Positions 13,330-28,620 of a stretch of DNA of 64,000 nt are shown here, one piece after another; the first letter of the stretch is position 1; each line of letters opens with the position of its first letter. The position numbers were made by a program, and so were the translations under genes. This DNA is from Eledone cirrhosa. Taxonomy: Eukaryota. Location: positions 113,088,001-113,152,000 of the forward strand of contig OZ024742.1 of NCBI GenBank assembly GCA_964016885.1. The letters are read 5' to 3'. The notes under the pieces are model-generated. The model saw nothing but the letters and a program-made list of their open reading frames with translations, made no database searches and was not told the DNA's origin.

Positions 13330-13900
13330 GTTTACATATCGTTGTAAGTCATTGTCTCAGGAGCAATCACCTCAGTGAGGGTTTCATGTGCGTCAGATCT
13401 ATATCAAGTGACTCCCTAAGGGTGGCCTGTCTGATGGCAACTGTCGTTTTCACATAGCATATGTTACTTCTAGAGATGCGTGTCCTCATTGTTCTTTTAT
13501 TTTTTTCTGCCTTGACATTTTGGTTCAGAACACATGGCAATGGTTCTCAGTGAGAACTCTCTGGAATTCCTCCATGTGTGTGTGTGTTTGCTACCCTTGC
13601 TGCATCTTTTGCGTATCTGGGATATGACATTCTAGGAATAACATAGGCTACATAAAGCTATCACATTCCCGTACGAATATGACAGCTGCCAACAGAAAGG
13701 ATATACGTAGAGAGGGCTTGAATATACAGCAAGCGGACTCAGGAAACACATTGGGGTGGCTGCCCCACAGAAACCAACCTACATACATCGATATGTGCAC
13801 AATTGCTAATTGCCCCATCAACAACGCATAAACGTGCACTAGGGCCACCCAATCTGCAATCTCACACGTAAAACATATAGCCCCTCATATATGAGAAGGA
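13330..13900 (-). mobile_element. Degenerate LINE relic, probably the RTE-clade 3' region
   Basis: GC-richer patch whose minus-strand translation (..PSLRISFLLAAV..) resembles the post-RT region of RTE elements. Heavily decayed. Confidence 0.4.
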
Positions 13901-16266
13901 CAGACAAGTTACTGTCTATAAGGGTTAAGATACACATACCGACGAGAGCTTGTAAGTAACATCTTCAAATTTGCCTTAGATGCGAGGGAAACGAATTTGG
14001 TCAATTTAAGAATGGAAGAGGATATTATCACCCACCCCCCCCAATACACACACCAACACCAACACCACCCCGTCCCCCCCAAAACAGCAACAAACAAAAT
14101 ATTAATAATAGATTCGGAAAGCATGGAGCCAATGGCCTACTATGACGTCTTTGCGTATGCGTATTTCAGACACCTAGGCCAGTTAAGAAAGATCTTATTG
14201 ATCGATTGTTTTTTATCTCAACCGTTTTTGCTTTACGTTTTGAAAGAAGTTAATATCTCTGAAATATCATCTTGAGCTATATTGGGTAAAACATTACTTT
14301 TTTTTAATTTGTCATCGTTTGCCCTTTATATATTTCTAACGCATTTTACCGGCTTCAAAGAAAATAAAAAAAAACTATTTGTCTTTTTGTGTGTATTCTA
14401 TCGTGTGTTTCATATTTAAAATCCAGAAGTAAACTAATTGTCTCGTAACATTTATGTTTATATTTCAACTTTCACATTAAAACCAAGTATATCTAGATTA
14501 TATTATATTTTCTATATCTAAACCTACAAATAACGTTGCATATTATTTAGAGACCTTCTAAACCAATAGTATACTAGTGAAAATGTGAGCTCCAGTGCAG
14601 ATTATCTTCAAATTTATAATTAACAAAGTTTACTTCTTCAATATTAGTTGTGTTGCATCAATTTTATCGTCATACCGTCCCATTTTCTGATACCCTCAAA
14701 GTGCATTAACCATACGTCAATATGTATGTTAATAATTTCATAATACGTAAGCAATCGGAGGAAGAAAGCTAGATATATCTTCCATTGAAATCATTAATGT
14801 CTGGAAAGTTTTCTGCAAGAGCTTTAACATTTGAATTGCCAAGTGTTATTTAATAGCATATATGCGGTATTTATAAAAAAAAACAAAAAAAACAAATATT
14901 AATTTTACATTCATCATCCTTATGTTTATTTTACTCACATAATGAATAAAAACATAAACGAAAAATGTAAATGTTTGGGCTAATGCCCAGTATTTTTGTT
15001 GTTCCCCTGACTTGTGTTTCCAGACTAATTTTATTGTTTGATCGGTACTTAATCACACAAAATGATTCTATATATTTTAGGTGTTATTTGCTTTGTTTTT
15101 CGCTGAAACTATGCTCACGAAAATATAAAATATAGGCAAATAAAATGTCCTTTTATATCAAGATTTAGTTATTCAAGGACCAGCTGCCAAACCATTTAAA
15201 CGACCCTCATAATCTAAGATCAACTGTTTGTTGTATAAAGAAAGTGGAGAATGGAAATACATCTTAAAACGTTGCACAACAATAATATATACGATAAGAT
15301 GTTAGGATGGTGACAGAACAAAAAATGTATTTTGTTATTTAATCAGAAAGATAGCATGACTTTCGATTCAATTCAGAAAGAACGTGATTGATACGAGAAC
15401 TTACAGCGTTTATTGAGTAGAGCCTGGCAAGGTTATCAGACTAGTAGCCGAAGCCGGCAACAGAAACACACCTCAACCAATAGCATCAGAAGATCAATGC
15501 TGAAATCGATAAAGTCAGTTGTTGGAAGGTAATTGATTATACACAATCTTGTCGCTCTCTACCTGGATGAAAGCCGATATCAAACCAGCGAAGCATGTTT
15601 ATCAAATAACATGCATTGTTAGGAGTGGTTTCTTTCAGTTTTTGTTTTATACTTTTATTTCTGTGAGAATATTTCTAAGCTCCAAAGTAAAAAAAAATAT
15701 ATGGATAAATGATTATACAAAACACACTTCAGTTCACATGACAAACGTCGGGAGTATTTTCTCAATACAACCTAAAAAGTGTTAGCTGCTAAATAAATTG
15801 GCTTCTCAATACCTATATTAAACTTCATGCTATACATTAATCAGCTGAACGCCGATCATATTGAAGGATTTCTCAGGAAAGTTGTATGAAGAATCGAAAA
15901 ATATAGGAAAGCAATTAAATATAAAACAAATATAAATAAACCATATAGTCAATGATTTCTTCAGATCAGTGTTTGTACCTAGAAATCTTTCCTCGTGATA
16001 TTATGGTCCGTATACTCATTCATATTGTTTTAAACATTCGCAGAAAATTATAATGTTAGAGCAATTGCATAAAATGTTTCTATACGTTTGAAAACCGTAT
16101 GTATACATATATATATGCAGGCATATTTTCAATCTCACACACACATACACACGCACGCACATACTCACACACACACGCACATGTATATACTATATATAGA
16201 GTTAAATTCACACACACACCCAAATGCACACAAACAAACACACACACAGAAAACCACACAAACACA

Positions 16267-16324
<58 letters not shown>

Positions 16325-18013
16325 CATTGTTAAATTTCTTCGAAAATCATCATAAATTTAATTTGAACAAGATGAATACTAATTTATTGGGGCACCATAA
16401 TTTATGTTAATCGTAATCAATTGTTGATGCGAGAAAAATATAAAAAAGTATAACTTTAATTTACTATCTGAAGCATACATTTCAAATACAACATTAGGTA
16501 GGTAAAATGATCGATTCTTGGAGCCGATTATAATACTCTCTGTGGCATACACTACTTTCTTTAGTTTCCAAGGCTATATAATCCTAGTTTAGATTTACAT
16601 ATTTAAACACTCCTGAATGAGTACGAAATTACCGTCTGATTGACAGGGTGATAATAACGCGCACTTTTGGCCATCAGCCTGTGCCGGTATTATTACGTGT
16701 TCAAGGAAATAAACATGATTGCCTTGCTGAAAGACAAAACGAACCAACACATATCGAAATGGAGCATAATACTTTAAGAATATGAGTCGAAGTCACTATC
16801 AACAAGCCCACTGTACACACATAGCTTTACATATGACGCAATATGAATTATTATATAGAAATGCAAGTATACTACCACACCGTTGATAACATTGACGATA
16901 ATCAGTTACAACATTTCAGAAATATTCAGATAGTTATTCTACTCAAGTGTTTCCCGAAAACGTTTCTAATTTCCCATGAGCTTACTTTCTTAAAGTACAT
17001 ATTGGTGTGGAAATATGTTTAAATGAAAACCGTGAAAAATATTAGTTCACATGTTCACTTTATTAATATTATTTTTTTGTGTTTTTTTAGAAAATTCTAT
17101 GAAATGGAATTAAATATATTTCACATATTGTACTCATCTTTATTTATTTATCATGACATTAGATATAACATTTCCGTAGAAAGTTTTAATTGCAATACAA
17201 ATGGAAAACAAAATAACTTCTCATAAATAGTGTGAAGACGATTTAGAAAATGTATACATCATTGCTATAACGTTGAATATATTGCCAGAAAATCCAGTCG
17301 GGTTCCGTCGGCCTCTAACAGTTTGTGTTTTACTCTAGCTTATAATAGAATCATTAAAGTTTCGAACAACATTCCATTTGTACTGCTTTATTAACCTCTG
17401 CCTTCCGTTCATAGGTATTGAGGACAAAGCGGTGACAAAGCAGGTGTTGATTTACTTCATTGCCCATTCTCGTAATATATTTTGCTTATATGAAATGTGT
17501 AATAAACGTTTCACGTTCCAGGGCAACAGAATACAATTGCAATAAATAAACTGTTATTTTCACACGATTGTGGACGGTTCCACTCAACAGAGACGAACTA
17601 TTCATTATACATTTAACAATGAATAAAGTTTAGTGCATATAATTTCAGTTGCACAGACATGGCCGCCAAGGATACATAAATATATGAAAGTGCGGGACGA
17701 ATAAGTTATTTCAGAGTGATAATATTATGGGAAATTGAAACTCGGTGAAAATAAATCAAGCGGTTGGTGTACGCGGCAGAATTGAGAAGTTCGGTTTAAA
17801 ACATGAGAATCTGGTTTCGGTCTTACTCTTAGGATTTGCGTCTACTTCTCTCTTAAAATAACGTAAGGACATCGCTGGTCTATTGATGTTCATTTTGTCA
17901 ACGAATATTATTTGTTTGCTCCTCAAGTGCAATACACACTCTGTCACGCAGTTTCTCATTGAACAAGTAAAATATTCAATCGCATCTAAATATTTCACAG
18001 AAGACTGTACAGT

Positions 18014-18058
<45 letters not shown>

Positions 18059-18598
18059 TATACAGTTGTTCCCGATATTCACGGGTGTTGCGTTCCTAGA
18101 GCACCCGAGAAAGGTGAAGAACATCGAATATTTGACGTGGTCAATAAAATGTCTATAAACGTCAAAACATAAAGTAAAATATAAGCCAGCCTATACGGTA
18201 TATTGTTAGTTACAATTTAGCATTAAAATCGTCAAAATTATATATTTCTAGGAAAAAAGGCATTGAAAAATCGCGGAGATATTTACGATTCTGACACTAT
18301 GCGCTGGTTCCACGAACATTTATTACTTATGCACTAACGAAAATTCTGGGAATGCCGGGAGTACACACACATATGCACACACACACACACACACATACCC
18401 ACGCACGCACACACACACACATACACGCACACGCATATATATATTTATTTATAGAACTGTCTATATTGTATTTTATAAAACTGTCTATATTGTATTTTGT
18501 CTGAAGAAGGCATAACATATTGTTAATATGATATCCCTGAAATATATATAATGAAATAAATATGGTTTTATAAATATAGTTTCCATTTATTTAATATC

Positions 18599-18648
<50 letters not shown>

Positions 18649-18844
18649 AATGAATAATAACAGGTAGACATCATAAAAAGGTACTTTATTCCGTGTGCTT
18701 ACAAGTGTTTCCACGGTGGTTCTGCAGCCTAGTTACGCTACGTGCAAATTCACAAGTATTTGCAGAACTCGAATATCCAATGCTGTACGTCAACCATATC
18801 CTGTGTAGCAATTAACCATCACTACATCTTGGATAATCCTATAC

Positions 18845-18922
<78 letters not shown>

Positions 18923-19120
18923 TCACGTAATAACTGGTAATAAATTAGTTAGGAGAGGATATTTAATTGCAAACAAATAATTTACAACTCCCTCTTATTA
19001 CCATCATAACGTTCGGGTAATTAGTATCTAAAATCTATACACTCGTTTCTTCACTCTACCACAATAACACTTGTAATGAAGCATGGTAATATCTTCGCCA
19101 CCGACTCCCTATTTCTTTGA

Positions 19121-19255
19121 AATAATTGTTTCTACTTTTGGCGCAAGGCCAGCAATTAATCCAGCGCATTTCCCGTACTCTATTATATCGACCCCGTTGG
19201 GATCAAATGCAAAGTTAACCCCTTCGGTATTTGAACTCAGACCGTAAAGGCTGTA
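19121..19255 (-). mobile_element. 5'-truncated SINE copy
   Basis: Tail, core and B box of the same SINE family. Confidence 0.85.
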
Positions 19256-19617
19256 GTACCGACTATAATCTTAGCAGTTAAAGACCATGAAGCTGTCAGA
19301 TGATTGATATACATTCAACTAAATAATTGTTGTTGTTGTGGATGTCGTCATTGAAGTCGTATAAACTACTAACTACTGCAGATACAACTAAAATTCTGTT
19401 TCCCTTTTATGTATTACTTTGTCTCCATCTTTTCCTCCATCTTTGCGGTACTTTATTGTCCTTTCTTTTTATTCTTTTCTTTTCTCTTTTTTCTCTTCGT
19501 ATCTTCTTTTTCTACTAGCTCCCCTTCTCCTCTTTCTCCTTTTTATGATCTATTCTTTCACACTTGCCATTTAAATATTCTTATTTGTGAAATACCTCTC
19601 ATGCCACTTTGAACATG

Positions 19618-19998
19618 TTGGATTGGCAGTATCGGTAGAGGGTCGGACGCCATGCTTTGCAGCAAAGAGTTACGGCCCTTTATGATCTGAGTTCAAATCC
19701 CGCCGAGGTTAACTTTGCCTTTCATCCTTACGGGGTCGATAAAATAAAGTACCAGTAATGCACTGAGTTATTGCTGGCCTTGTGCCCTAGGAAGAAACAA
19801 TTATTTAGTAGATGAATTGGCAGTATCAGTAAAGTGTCGGTCACCATACTTTCCAGCATAGTTCCGTCCCTTTACAGCCTGAGTTCAAATCGCGTCGAGG
19901 TTAACTTTGCCTTTCATCGTTACGGGGTCGATAAAATGAAGTAGAAGTAATGTACTGGGTAATTGCTGGTCGTGTGCCAAATGTAGAAACAATTATTT
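19618..19998 (+). mobile_element. Two SINE copies in tandem (about 19618-19806 and 19808-19998)
   Basis: Two successive A box / B box / core / agaaacaattatt units. Confidence 0.9.
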
Positions 19999-20140
19999 AA
20001 GTAGTTGCATGCCAGTTAATTTGATTAAAATAATCAAATAATAACTATACAAGACTTATATGAAATCCATCCCAACCATCTGGAATATTATGGTTTTAAT
20101 AATATTTGTGTAGTTCTCCCTCTGTCTCTCTCTCCGCACG

Positions 20141-20180
<40 letters not shown>

Positions 20181-21339
20181 CATACACACACACACACACA
20201 CGCACACACACACACACGCACACACACACACACATATATATATATATAAGAAGATTGAATGCCGTAATCCTTAAACAAAAAAACCCATAGCACACGCTAA
20301 ACCAATTATTGCCATGTTTCCCGCATCAACCATCAAATGAAGAAGATACACATTATCAAACCGCAGCTACCAGTTAAAATAGTTTCTGCATAGACTACAA
20401 TCACAGTATGTAAAAGACTGTGCTCCAGCTCGTCTTACCTATCTCAAATATAAACTCCCCAAACTATCCACTAAGAGAAAAAGAAGCCTTATAACAATTT
20501 GTCTAATGGCGTAATACCATGTTTTGAGAAGCCTTTATCAAAACAAATGCTTTGTCTTTATAAGGCAACCAGAAATAAATCTATTATTGAAAAAGAAAAG
20601 AACTGTTCAAATGATAAATACTACATAAATACGATATCCAAAACATTATATAATTAAGAACAGAATTCAAAACACATATAAACTTACACATACACGCACG
20701 CATGAAAATACCGAAATGAGATATATGGTGATTTGTAAAAGTTATTATCATGCGTATGTTCTAACTCATTGAATTTGACCTGCTGTATGGCAAGCGTAAA
20801 TAATAATTGATAATAAAAAAAAGAAAGTAACAATATAGCAGGAAGGAAAGTATAACAGAACATTCGTTCATACATTAACCCCCATCCTCTCACACATATA
20901 GTTGTTGCACACTTCAAAGAGTCAAATAATAAAGACAAAAAAAAAAGGAAAACAATATTGGTATTTCGTTGCTTAATTGATTTTTTTCGTTACTCTTTTC
21001 TTATTTCCCTCTCTTTTGCTAATTTTCTCCCATTGCTACAGCTTTTTACCACTAGATAATTTATATTGCAATACATTGCATATTGGTAACTGGTTTAGGC
21101 ATCGCCCACGCAAAGACACAAGCCTTCATTCCCCTCGAAAACACGGAAGGTGGCCAATCGAAAGCGACTAAACACATCAAAGCTAAATGGGCAACATTTT
21201 AAAAGCTTTCATAACTTCTCCCTCATCATGCAACGCCTACAACAAAATGAAATCTTATTTCATCAATGAAAAAAAAAAATGTTAAATGCTTAATCCTTTT
21301 TTAAGCATAGCCAATCACTTCCGAACTTTCTCAGAATGT

Positions 21340-22500
21340 CCTCTTTAGTACCAAGGCTACGACGAAAACGTCCTATCAGAATTTTGTTTCGTAACTCATT
21401 CGTACCAAATGTGTTAAAATGTTTCTAATGTATTCCTCGAAATCGTTTATCTGGCTGCATATCCTATCGTATCTTATAGTTTACGTTGAAAACATGCTGT
21501 ATCACATCAACAATGGTATATAGTTGGTTGCGGAGGGCATCCACCGACCTTAAAACTAAAATCGTTAGTCTCATTGTAATATGTTGTCACTATCAACATC
21601 ATTTCTCTCGATAGTGGCGTCTACATATTTTACCCCATTAAAGCTGCACAGATTCACCACCGTCGCTTCTAATCTCCAAAGATAGATTATGTGTAGCATA
21701 ATACCGATAAGTATGCTCAAATACATCATCTAAGTATCTACAATAACCAAACACCTTAATGAGCCCTATTCATATCTCTACAGGAAAGTAAACCTCACAG
21801 GTAAATAAATATACATCAGCCAGCAGCGGCCTATAGTTTTTGCACATTTGTATGCTTCTGACGAGCGTCAAAACACTGTCTTCAAACACAAATAACTATT
21901 ATTGACTATTAAACAGAGTTCCCGTTCGAGTTTATCACTTGTCCAATTAGAATACTTGATGAACCATCTTTATCCTTATCCATTTTCCCTAGATGTTATA
22001 AAGAAAGAATGCAGCCCTATCATTAAAATGTAGCGAGTACATTCAGCACATTAACAAAATCCAGGAAGTATCTCCTGTTTAGCCATAGGTCCTATTACCT
22101 CAAGCTGTTCAATGATATGTTCCACAACAGAAACCCAGTCCATTTCACTTAAAATATTAGTATATACATACAGATTTAGCCGAATACAAATTTTGTGTGT
22201 GACCATTGAGTCACTGAGGCAAGGACTGGGGTGTCTGCCCTATATATTGAAAACCTGACTTATACACTGAATAACGTATACGAGATATCATTGAGATTTG
22301 CAGGCAAGCCCTAGAAGGCTCACTACAATATAACCATTGCTCATTAGAAAGCGTTTGGAGGTTTCTTCACACATCACATTTCACTACCACATTGTTAATA
22401 TATCAATCGTCAATGTAATCATTATTCCGGCTGCAGAATTAAGCTTAGGGAAGCCACTAGCTGCCAGAGACACGAGCCCGGTCTAGAACCAGTGTAAATA
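21340..22500 (-). mobile_element. Degenerate Penelope-like RT/thumb relic
   Basis: Minus-strand translation gives YCRYLDDVF (~21720-21750), YYNETNDFSF and IRYDRICSQINDF, resembling the RYxDD, YDKRDDFxF and RYARICS..DF motifs of PLE RTs. Boundaries are approximate. Confidence 0.6.
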
Positions 22501-22963
22501 AGCCCTTTCAAATGCACGCGCAATGTTTTTCGGTTCAGTTCACAGCTCTTCCGAAATGTATGCATAGATTAGTGCCGTCGGCTACGTTGCTTATACTGGA
22601 TGTAGGCTCCGCCCTCATGGGACAAATACCATGTAAAAATAACAAATATCCGGCCCGGTTGCCGAGAGCAAACTGGCTCTAAATGGATTGAAATGGTCAG
22701 TCCCAGCCTGTGGGTAATCGTCAATATTATATATTTATTATAAACTTGAATGCTTTTTCTTATTGCCTGAGGTATCTTGACAAATTAAGAGGGAAAAATA
22801 AGTTTCCTCGTATTAAATTTTTAAATGAATAATATAAATATTTAAAAACTGTCCTGGAATATTTTCAATTGAAATCCATTATATGAAATAATGTGCATGT
22901 AATCGTACACACACATACAAACACACGCACTCACACACACGCACACACACACATACAAACACA

Positions 22964-22994
<31 letters not shown>

Positions 22995-23016
22995 GTATAT
23001 TATATTGTTATGAAGG

Positions 23017-23051
<35 letters not shown>

Positions 23052-23131
23052 ATAATAATAAATTTGAAGACTAAAATCCAAAGAGGGCTTGATAAAGAAA
23101 ACTATATATCAGATATATAAGAACCGTAGAG

Positions 23132-23185
<54 letters not shown>

Positions 23186-24895
23186 AATGAAATGCCTCAT
23201 AAAATGCATAAAGTTGAAGAATTGATGCAGAAAGAATCACGTTAAAGAAACCTATCAATTTCATATAAAATTAGCCATCCACTTCATAAAACGCTACTTA
23301 ATAATGTTAAATAAGTTCATAAAAAAACAATAACAATTATTTATCTTTGAAATAAAATTCCCCATATTATCTTATTATGAAGGATTAGCTTTCATCATTG
23401 AGACATTACTTTCATCTATATATCATACGTTGTGCCACTGTATGAAGAAAGGAATACAGGCATACACACACGCACCCCACACACCTGGGTCTCCTGCTGG
23501 TTGGCTTTGTCTATACAATCAGGCAAATGGTTATTTCCTTAGACATTCTGACACCACATCCATAGTATTGGAGATGTGATCTCTCAAATCGGAGTAGAAT
23601 CCCTTCCTGGAGCGACTCTGTACTCTGAGAGAGGCAGTCTATCACGTAACATTGTTTCGACCACTTGTGTTCATCATGATATTTAGTTATTCCAAAAGAT
23701 TCATGACCATTGATAAGCGTTATCACGAATATCGAATTGACTATATGGGTTTTGGCATTTACATCTAACACCTTCCCTTCTGATGACCGAATGCTGAAAC
23801 TTGCGCATTACTGCAAAATATCCTGCAATTCTTGCACTTAATTCAATCTCCTATATTCCATTACACGCGAACTGGCCCCGCGGTGGACGCCTCCGCTTGC
23901 TTCAATTAAAATCTACTTATACAATCTACTTACATGATGCAGAGTCCACTGAGCAGGCTGACGTGAGAAGTGGAGTATCTCAGTCTTCGCATTACTGATT
24001 ATCATTGCTGACGTGCATCATTCAGCAGCAAACCAACCATGTGCATATCAGATTTTATCTTCCAGCGAGATTAGTAGGAACATGTTATCGACAATTGCCT
24101 ATCTGTCTCATCCTACATACCGTTGTTTGATATCAGTTCTAGCCCAGCTACGCATTTCAATAGAGTTCATGAATATTATGAACAGAAGGATTAGAACTAC
24201 ACACACTTTGGGTATCGGAGACCGTAACCGAAATCAAATGGTTTCGTCTTATCGCCACTTATCTGAACACAAATACTAGAGCATTCGCCGTGAGAGCTGA
24301 GCGCACTCATAATGTCTCATACTCTCGCACAACTTTCCACAACATTTCTCGTGTAACTCAAATATTTCCGTTTTTGAGTTCTACGAAATGAGCAAACAAC
24401 AACTGATGAGAAATTCGTAATTTCTAGAAGACTTATTGCAGTATGAATATTTGGTTGTCTGTACCTCATCCAGAGTGAAAAACAACATTGTTTCTCAACT
24501 CGCTTGGATTATCCTTACATTACTTTGCTAGGAGATCAGCAATGTGTTATCTTCATGTGTGTTTGTGTGTGTATGTATGTATATATTGTTTCAGCAGAAA
24601 GCGCCCAAGTTAACAACACGAGGGGCCAATACATCGTTATAGCCTCAGCTATCTTGGCGGCAGTGTAATTTCTTGCATTAAGTTGCTACTACAATTTGAA
24701 AGCCAGATTGAGCATGCAGTCGCGTGTCGATGAATTGAGAAAATTCTGTGATTGTAAATGTGAAGCACAAGGTACAAGAAACAATAGACAAGTTGAATCA
24801 TGATATATACACTACTTATCTGTTTTACCGGCTGAAAAAGAAACTATAAGGCCTGAAGTTAAAACGTAAGTACCAGTAGTTGACAGGTGAGGAAT

Positions 24896-24908
24896 AGAGA
24901 GAGAGAGA

Positions 24909-25001
<93 letters not shown>
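24896..25001. repeat. (GA)n microsatellite
   Basis: Directly visible. Confidence 0.95.
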
Positions 25002-25005
<4 letters not shown>

Positions 25006-25931
25006 GATAGGTAGATAGATTGATAAAGAGAGAACATTAAAAGAACAAAGTTTATCGAAATATGTGCGTGTTGGCGTGGATGTATATAAAAAAAATAATA
25101 TCAAAAGAAAATGAACTTATTTATCTTGTGTTAATAGAATTATGTACATGTCGAAAACTGGAGCTATTTAATCAACTGTACTTTTATCCATAAATTTGCT
25201 GACGTTTTGATTAAAGGATAAATATATATAAACGATCCACGTGATTATTGTCAATAATTTTATTTTCTAATTGTATTCTTATTAACGAATCGCACTACTT
25301 AAAGTAATTTGTAACCAAAACCTTAATGTCTTCAGTAGGTGACTCCACGATTAGGCATATGTTCGATGAAAACATGATACTTAATGAATATACAGTCACA
25401 TATATATGAATATACATAATTACACAGACGTATACATAATGGAATCTATAAAATATATTGGGCTTTTAAATTAGTATATATTCATATAAAAGCCACTCCA
25501 TTATAATTACCAAGGATGTAAATCAACACAAGCAAGATAATTTAATTAAATATCAAGTTCCAATGAATTCTGATTATCATTGAATTCATATAGACTTTTA
25601 CGAGAATCCAGAAATCAAATGTGTAAAGATATGTAATATTGCTTCCGATGATGGTAAAATTACAATAGTTATCGGGCTAAAGATTAGAACATGATGTATA
25701 TTGAGACATGCGTAAAACAAATAAGGTATTATAAATTTCGTCTGGTACATTAACTGTTTCCTCGCTACAATTGAATTCGTACACACCATAGGATGAATGT
25801 ATTTAATGTGTAAATCCAAATACTGTACAGATTATTTATGTAATGTATTGATTGTCTTTTACATGCGGGGACGGCACGTAGAACTACATTGAGCTTGGTG
25901 TTTGTTTGGTTCCGATTAATTACTTAACATA

Positions 25932-26128
25932 AGGGCGGTAGATTGGCAGTATTGGTAGAGAGTCGGACGCCATGCTTTGACGCATAAAGTTACGGCCCTT
26001 GCTATTCTGAGTTCAAATCCCGACGAGGTTAACTTTGCCTTTCATCCTTACGGGGTCAATAAAATAAAGTACCAGTATTGGACTGGCTTAATTGCTGGCC
26101 TTGTGCCATAAGTAGAAACAATTATTAC
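25932..26128 (+). mobile_element. Full-length tRNA-derived SINE
   Basis: gggcggtagattggcagtattgg (A box), gagttcaaatcc (B box), core, and agaaacaattatta tail. Confidence 0.92.
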
Positions 26129-26679
26129 CTATTCCCGTTGGTAGAGATTTAGTAGATGTGGTAGAGCTAATTGTTCTGGATCTTTACTTTCAAAATCTAC
26201 TTATTTATCTTGTGTTAATAGAATTATGTACATGTCGAAAACTGGAGCTATTTAATAAGTAATACACTGGGTAATGGCTGGCCTTGTACCTTACGTAGAA
26301 ACAATTAATTACTTAACCTAATGTCAAAATATGTCGAGACGGTACTGACGCGTATGAGACGTAAACTAACAATTACAACCACAAAATGAATGACAACAAC
26401 GAAATATTGATCATTATGATGACAATTAATTTGTATAAAATTTCTCAAAGCAATCGGTTGAATGGTGCAGCGTGATAATTGGCCTCAACTCAATTACGGA
26501 TATCAAGGGCTCAATATATCGCTTAGGATTCGGGTAGAGATGGTGATGGTCGCAATTTGGGCACTTCTTATAAAGTCGGGTATCCCAACGCTTTTGATGA
26601 CAGACGTAAGACGGTTAGGTAGCGTGCTTAGCGCCATATTGAAGATTGACATGGATACTGTCTCTACTTGGATGATCAG

Positions 26680-27570
26680 ATCCAATAACGCCTACAAGGT
26701 CTGCATACTTATTGTTATTTTCAATTTCCTTTTCAGTCGCAGTGTGGTCTTGAGGTATAGAAAATATCAGAGACAATTTTTTAGGTATTGTTTGTTTTTT
26801 ACAACAGTATCAGGGTGGCTGTGTTGGACTTTGTTTTACTCTTGATCTCAAGGTCCCAAAACAATTCTAATTTCTTCTAAATAGGATATTCATACCTCTG
26901 ACTTTGGGTTTGTATGATGTAATTTTGGCACTACTGCCAATTGAACATGTTTGCTATAAAACCATGTAGGATTTTATAACATCTTCATTGGTCATATCCA
27001 CTAGCAATATGTGTTACAGATTCATCTGATTCATGGCATATTTTGAAGAGTGAAGATCAATGTTCTCTATCTATGCTAACTTTCTTCTCATTGCTTCAGA
27101 GTGCCTGCTTTGTAGGAGGTAATAAAAGTATCTATACTCATTGTAACCCAAACTGACCTAATCCAAAGCCAAGATCTAGGATCAGCTATGTCTTTACTTG
27201 CAGCTGGAATTTTGCCATGGAGAGCATTTTCTTTCCATGCCTTTTCTTGTTTCTCGCTAAAGGCTTTGTTTTATGCTTTCTTTAAATCGACATTATGGAA
27301 TTTGCTGTATCGCTAGAGGGAGGGACGCCATGCTTTCTAGCATAGTTACGTCCCTTTACAGTCTGAATTCAACTCCCGCCGAGGTTAACTTTGCCTTTCA
27401 TCCTTACGGGGTCGATAAAATAAAGTACCAGTGATGTACTGGTTAATTGCTGGTCGTGTGCCTAATGTAGAAACACTTATGTTAAAACGACTTCCTTCAT
27501 AACTTCTCTGAGCAGAGGTTCTTCCGTTAATATCATATCATCCCATAAGCTGTGGAACTACCTGACATTA
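26680..27570 (-). mobile_element. Degenerate R4/Dong-like REL-endonuclease LINE relic, interrupted by a SINE
   Basis: Minus-strand translation pieces QALRSN, ICHESDESVTHIASG, WDLEI, HPDTVV and KYADL match the CCHC + PD..D REL region. Confidence 0.65.
27295..27480 (+). mobile_element. tRNA-derived SINE
   Basis: Core gaggttaactttgcctttcatccttacggggtcgataaaataaagtacc and tail gtagaaac. Confidence 0.9.
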
Positions 27571-27749
27571 GCAAACTATTCGTACCCTCAAATGAAATGG
27601 CTTCGTTAACAAGTCTGATGAGCAGATTGCGGCTGCTGTCGGGGAATAACAAAATATAAAACTTAAGACATTCTCTTTAGAAAGGTCTTAACACGGTTTA
27701 TTTAATAAATCAATTATGTATATTCTTGTTTTGTCGAATGTAAAAGGGC

Positions 27750-28620
27750 ATATGATCGCCTACCTCGGGACATGCTGTTGAACGTTCAATGGATAGCTTC
27801 TTGCTGTCGTGATGTCTCTCTGCGAATGCCCAATATTTGTGTTCGGATACATGGTGAAACCATTCAATATGGCAGTCGGACTCAGCAAAGTGTTCGTACT
27901 GAAACCTCTCCTATTTCTTTTGTACATGAACAGGATTGACATATGCAGCCGGCTTGGAATTGGTATCACGACAGGCGCTTGTAAAATCAGGCGACATCGG
28001 TTTACTTAGCTCAACAGGTGGTGAACTCCGAAAGTCTCTTGATAGGTTAGATGCCGAGTGCTGCATGACTGGGATGGAAATCAGTGCTGCGAAACATAAG
28101 ACAGTCCTCTTTACAAGGAAGCTTTCTCAGTGTAATCTACATGTGAATGGAGTTCCAATGAAGCAATTATCTCGAGGTGGTGTGCACGAGTGATAGAAGG
28201 CAGACAGCAGATTTAAGTGCAACAATTGGTGCAACGGAGGTAGGTGTAAAAGCCAAACTCACTGTCATCAATTTCGATTTTGTGTCAACCCTTACCTATA
28301 GTCAACATTCTTAGAAGGAATACAAGTGCAATTACAAGCAACCGAAATGAGGTTCATCGGGATAGACTTTGGAGTAACATTACCGATAGACTGTATCTCT
28401 GAGACAGAAAGTCACCCCAGGTAGAGCCGCTACTTCTTAGAATTGTGAGATAACAGTTCCCAAACTAAGGGCATGCGGATAGTATGACTTGGGAATTAAT
28501 CGCACGAGAGATGTTACAGGCAAAACGTACCGACTGTAGACCCAGGTTTAGACTACGATCAAGATAGTTGGAGAACATCTATGAGCTCGGCTGGTTTCGT
28601 CCGATTGAAGGGGTGTTTGA
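27750..28620 (+). mobile_element. Degenerate RTE-clade RT relic
   Basis: KPFNMAVGL..PLLFLLYMNRID and LRKSLDRLDAECCMTGMEISAAK resemble RT domains 4-6, with multiple frameshifts. Confidence 0.7.

Noticed and set aside
23780-23810. CTGATGA...GAAAC hammerhead-like words
   Set aside because: No convincing stem II or stem I pairing.
25932-26030. tRNA gene (A and B boxes)
   Set aside because: It is the head of a multi-copy SINE with no intact cloverleaf.
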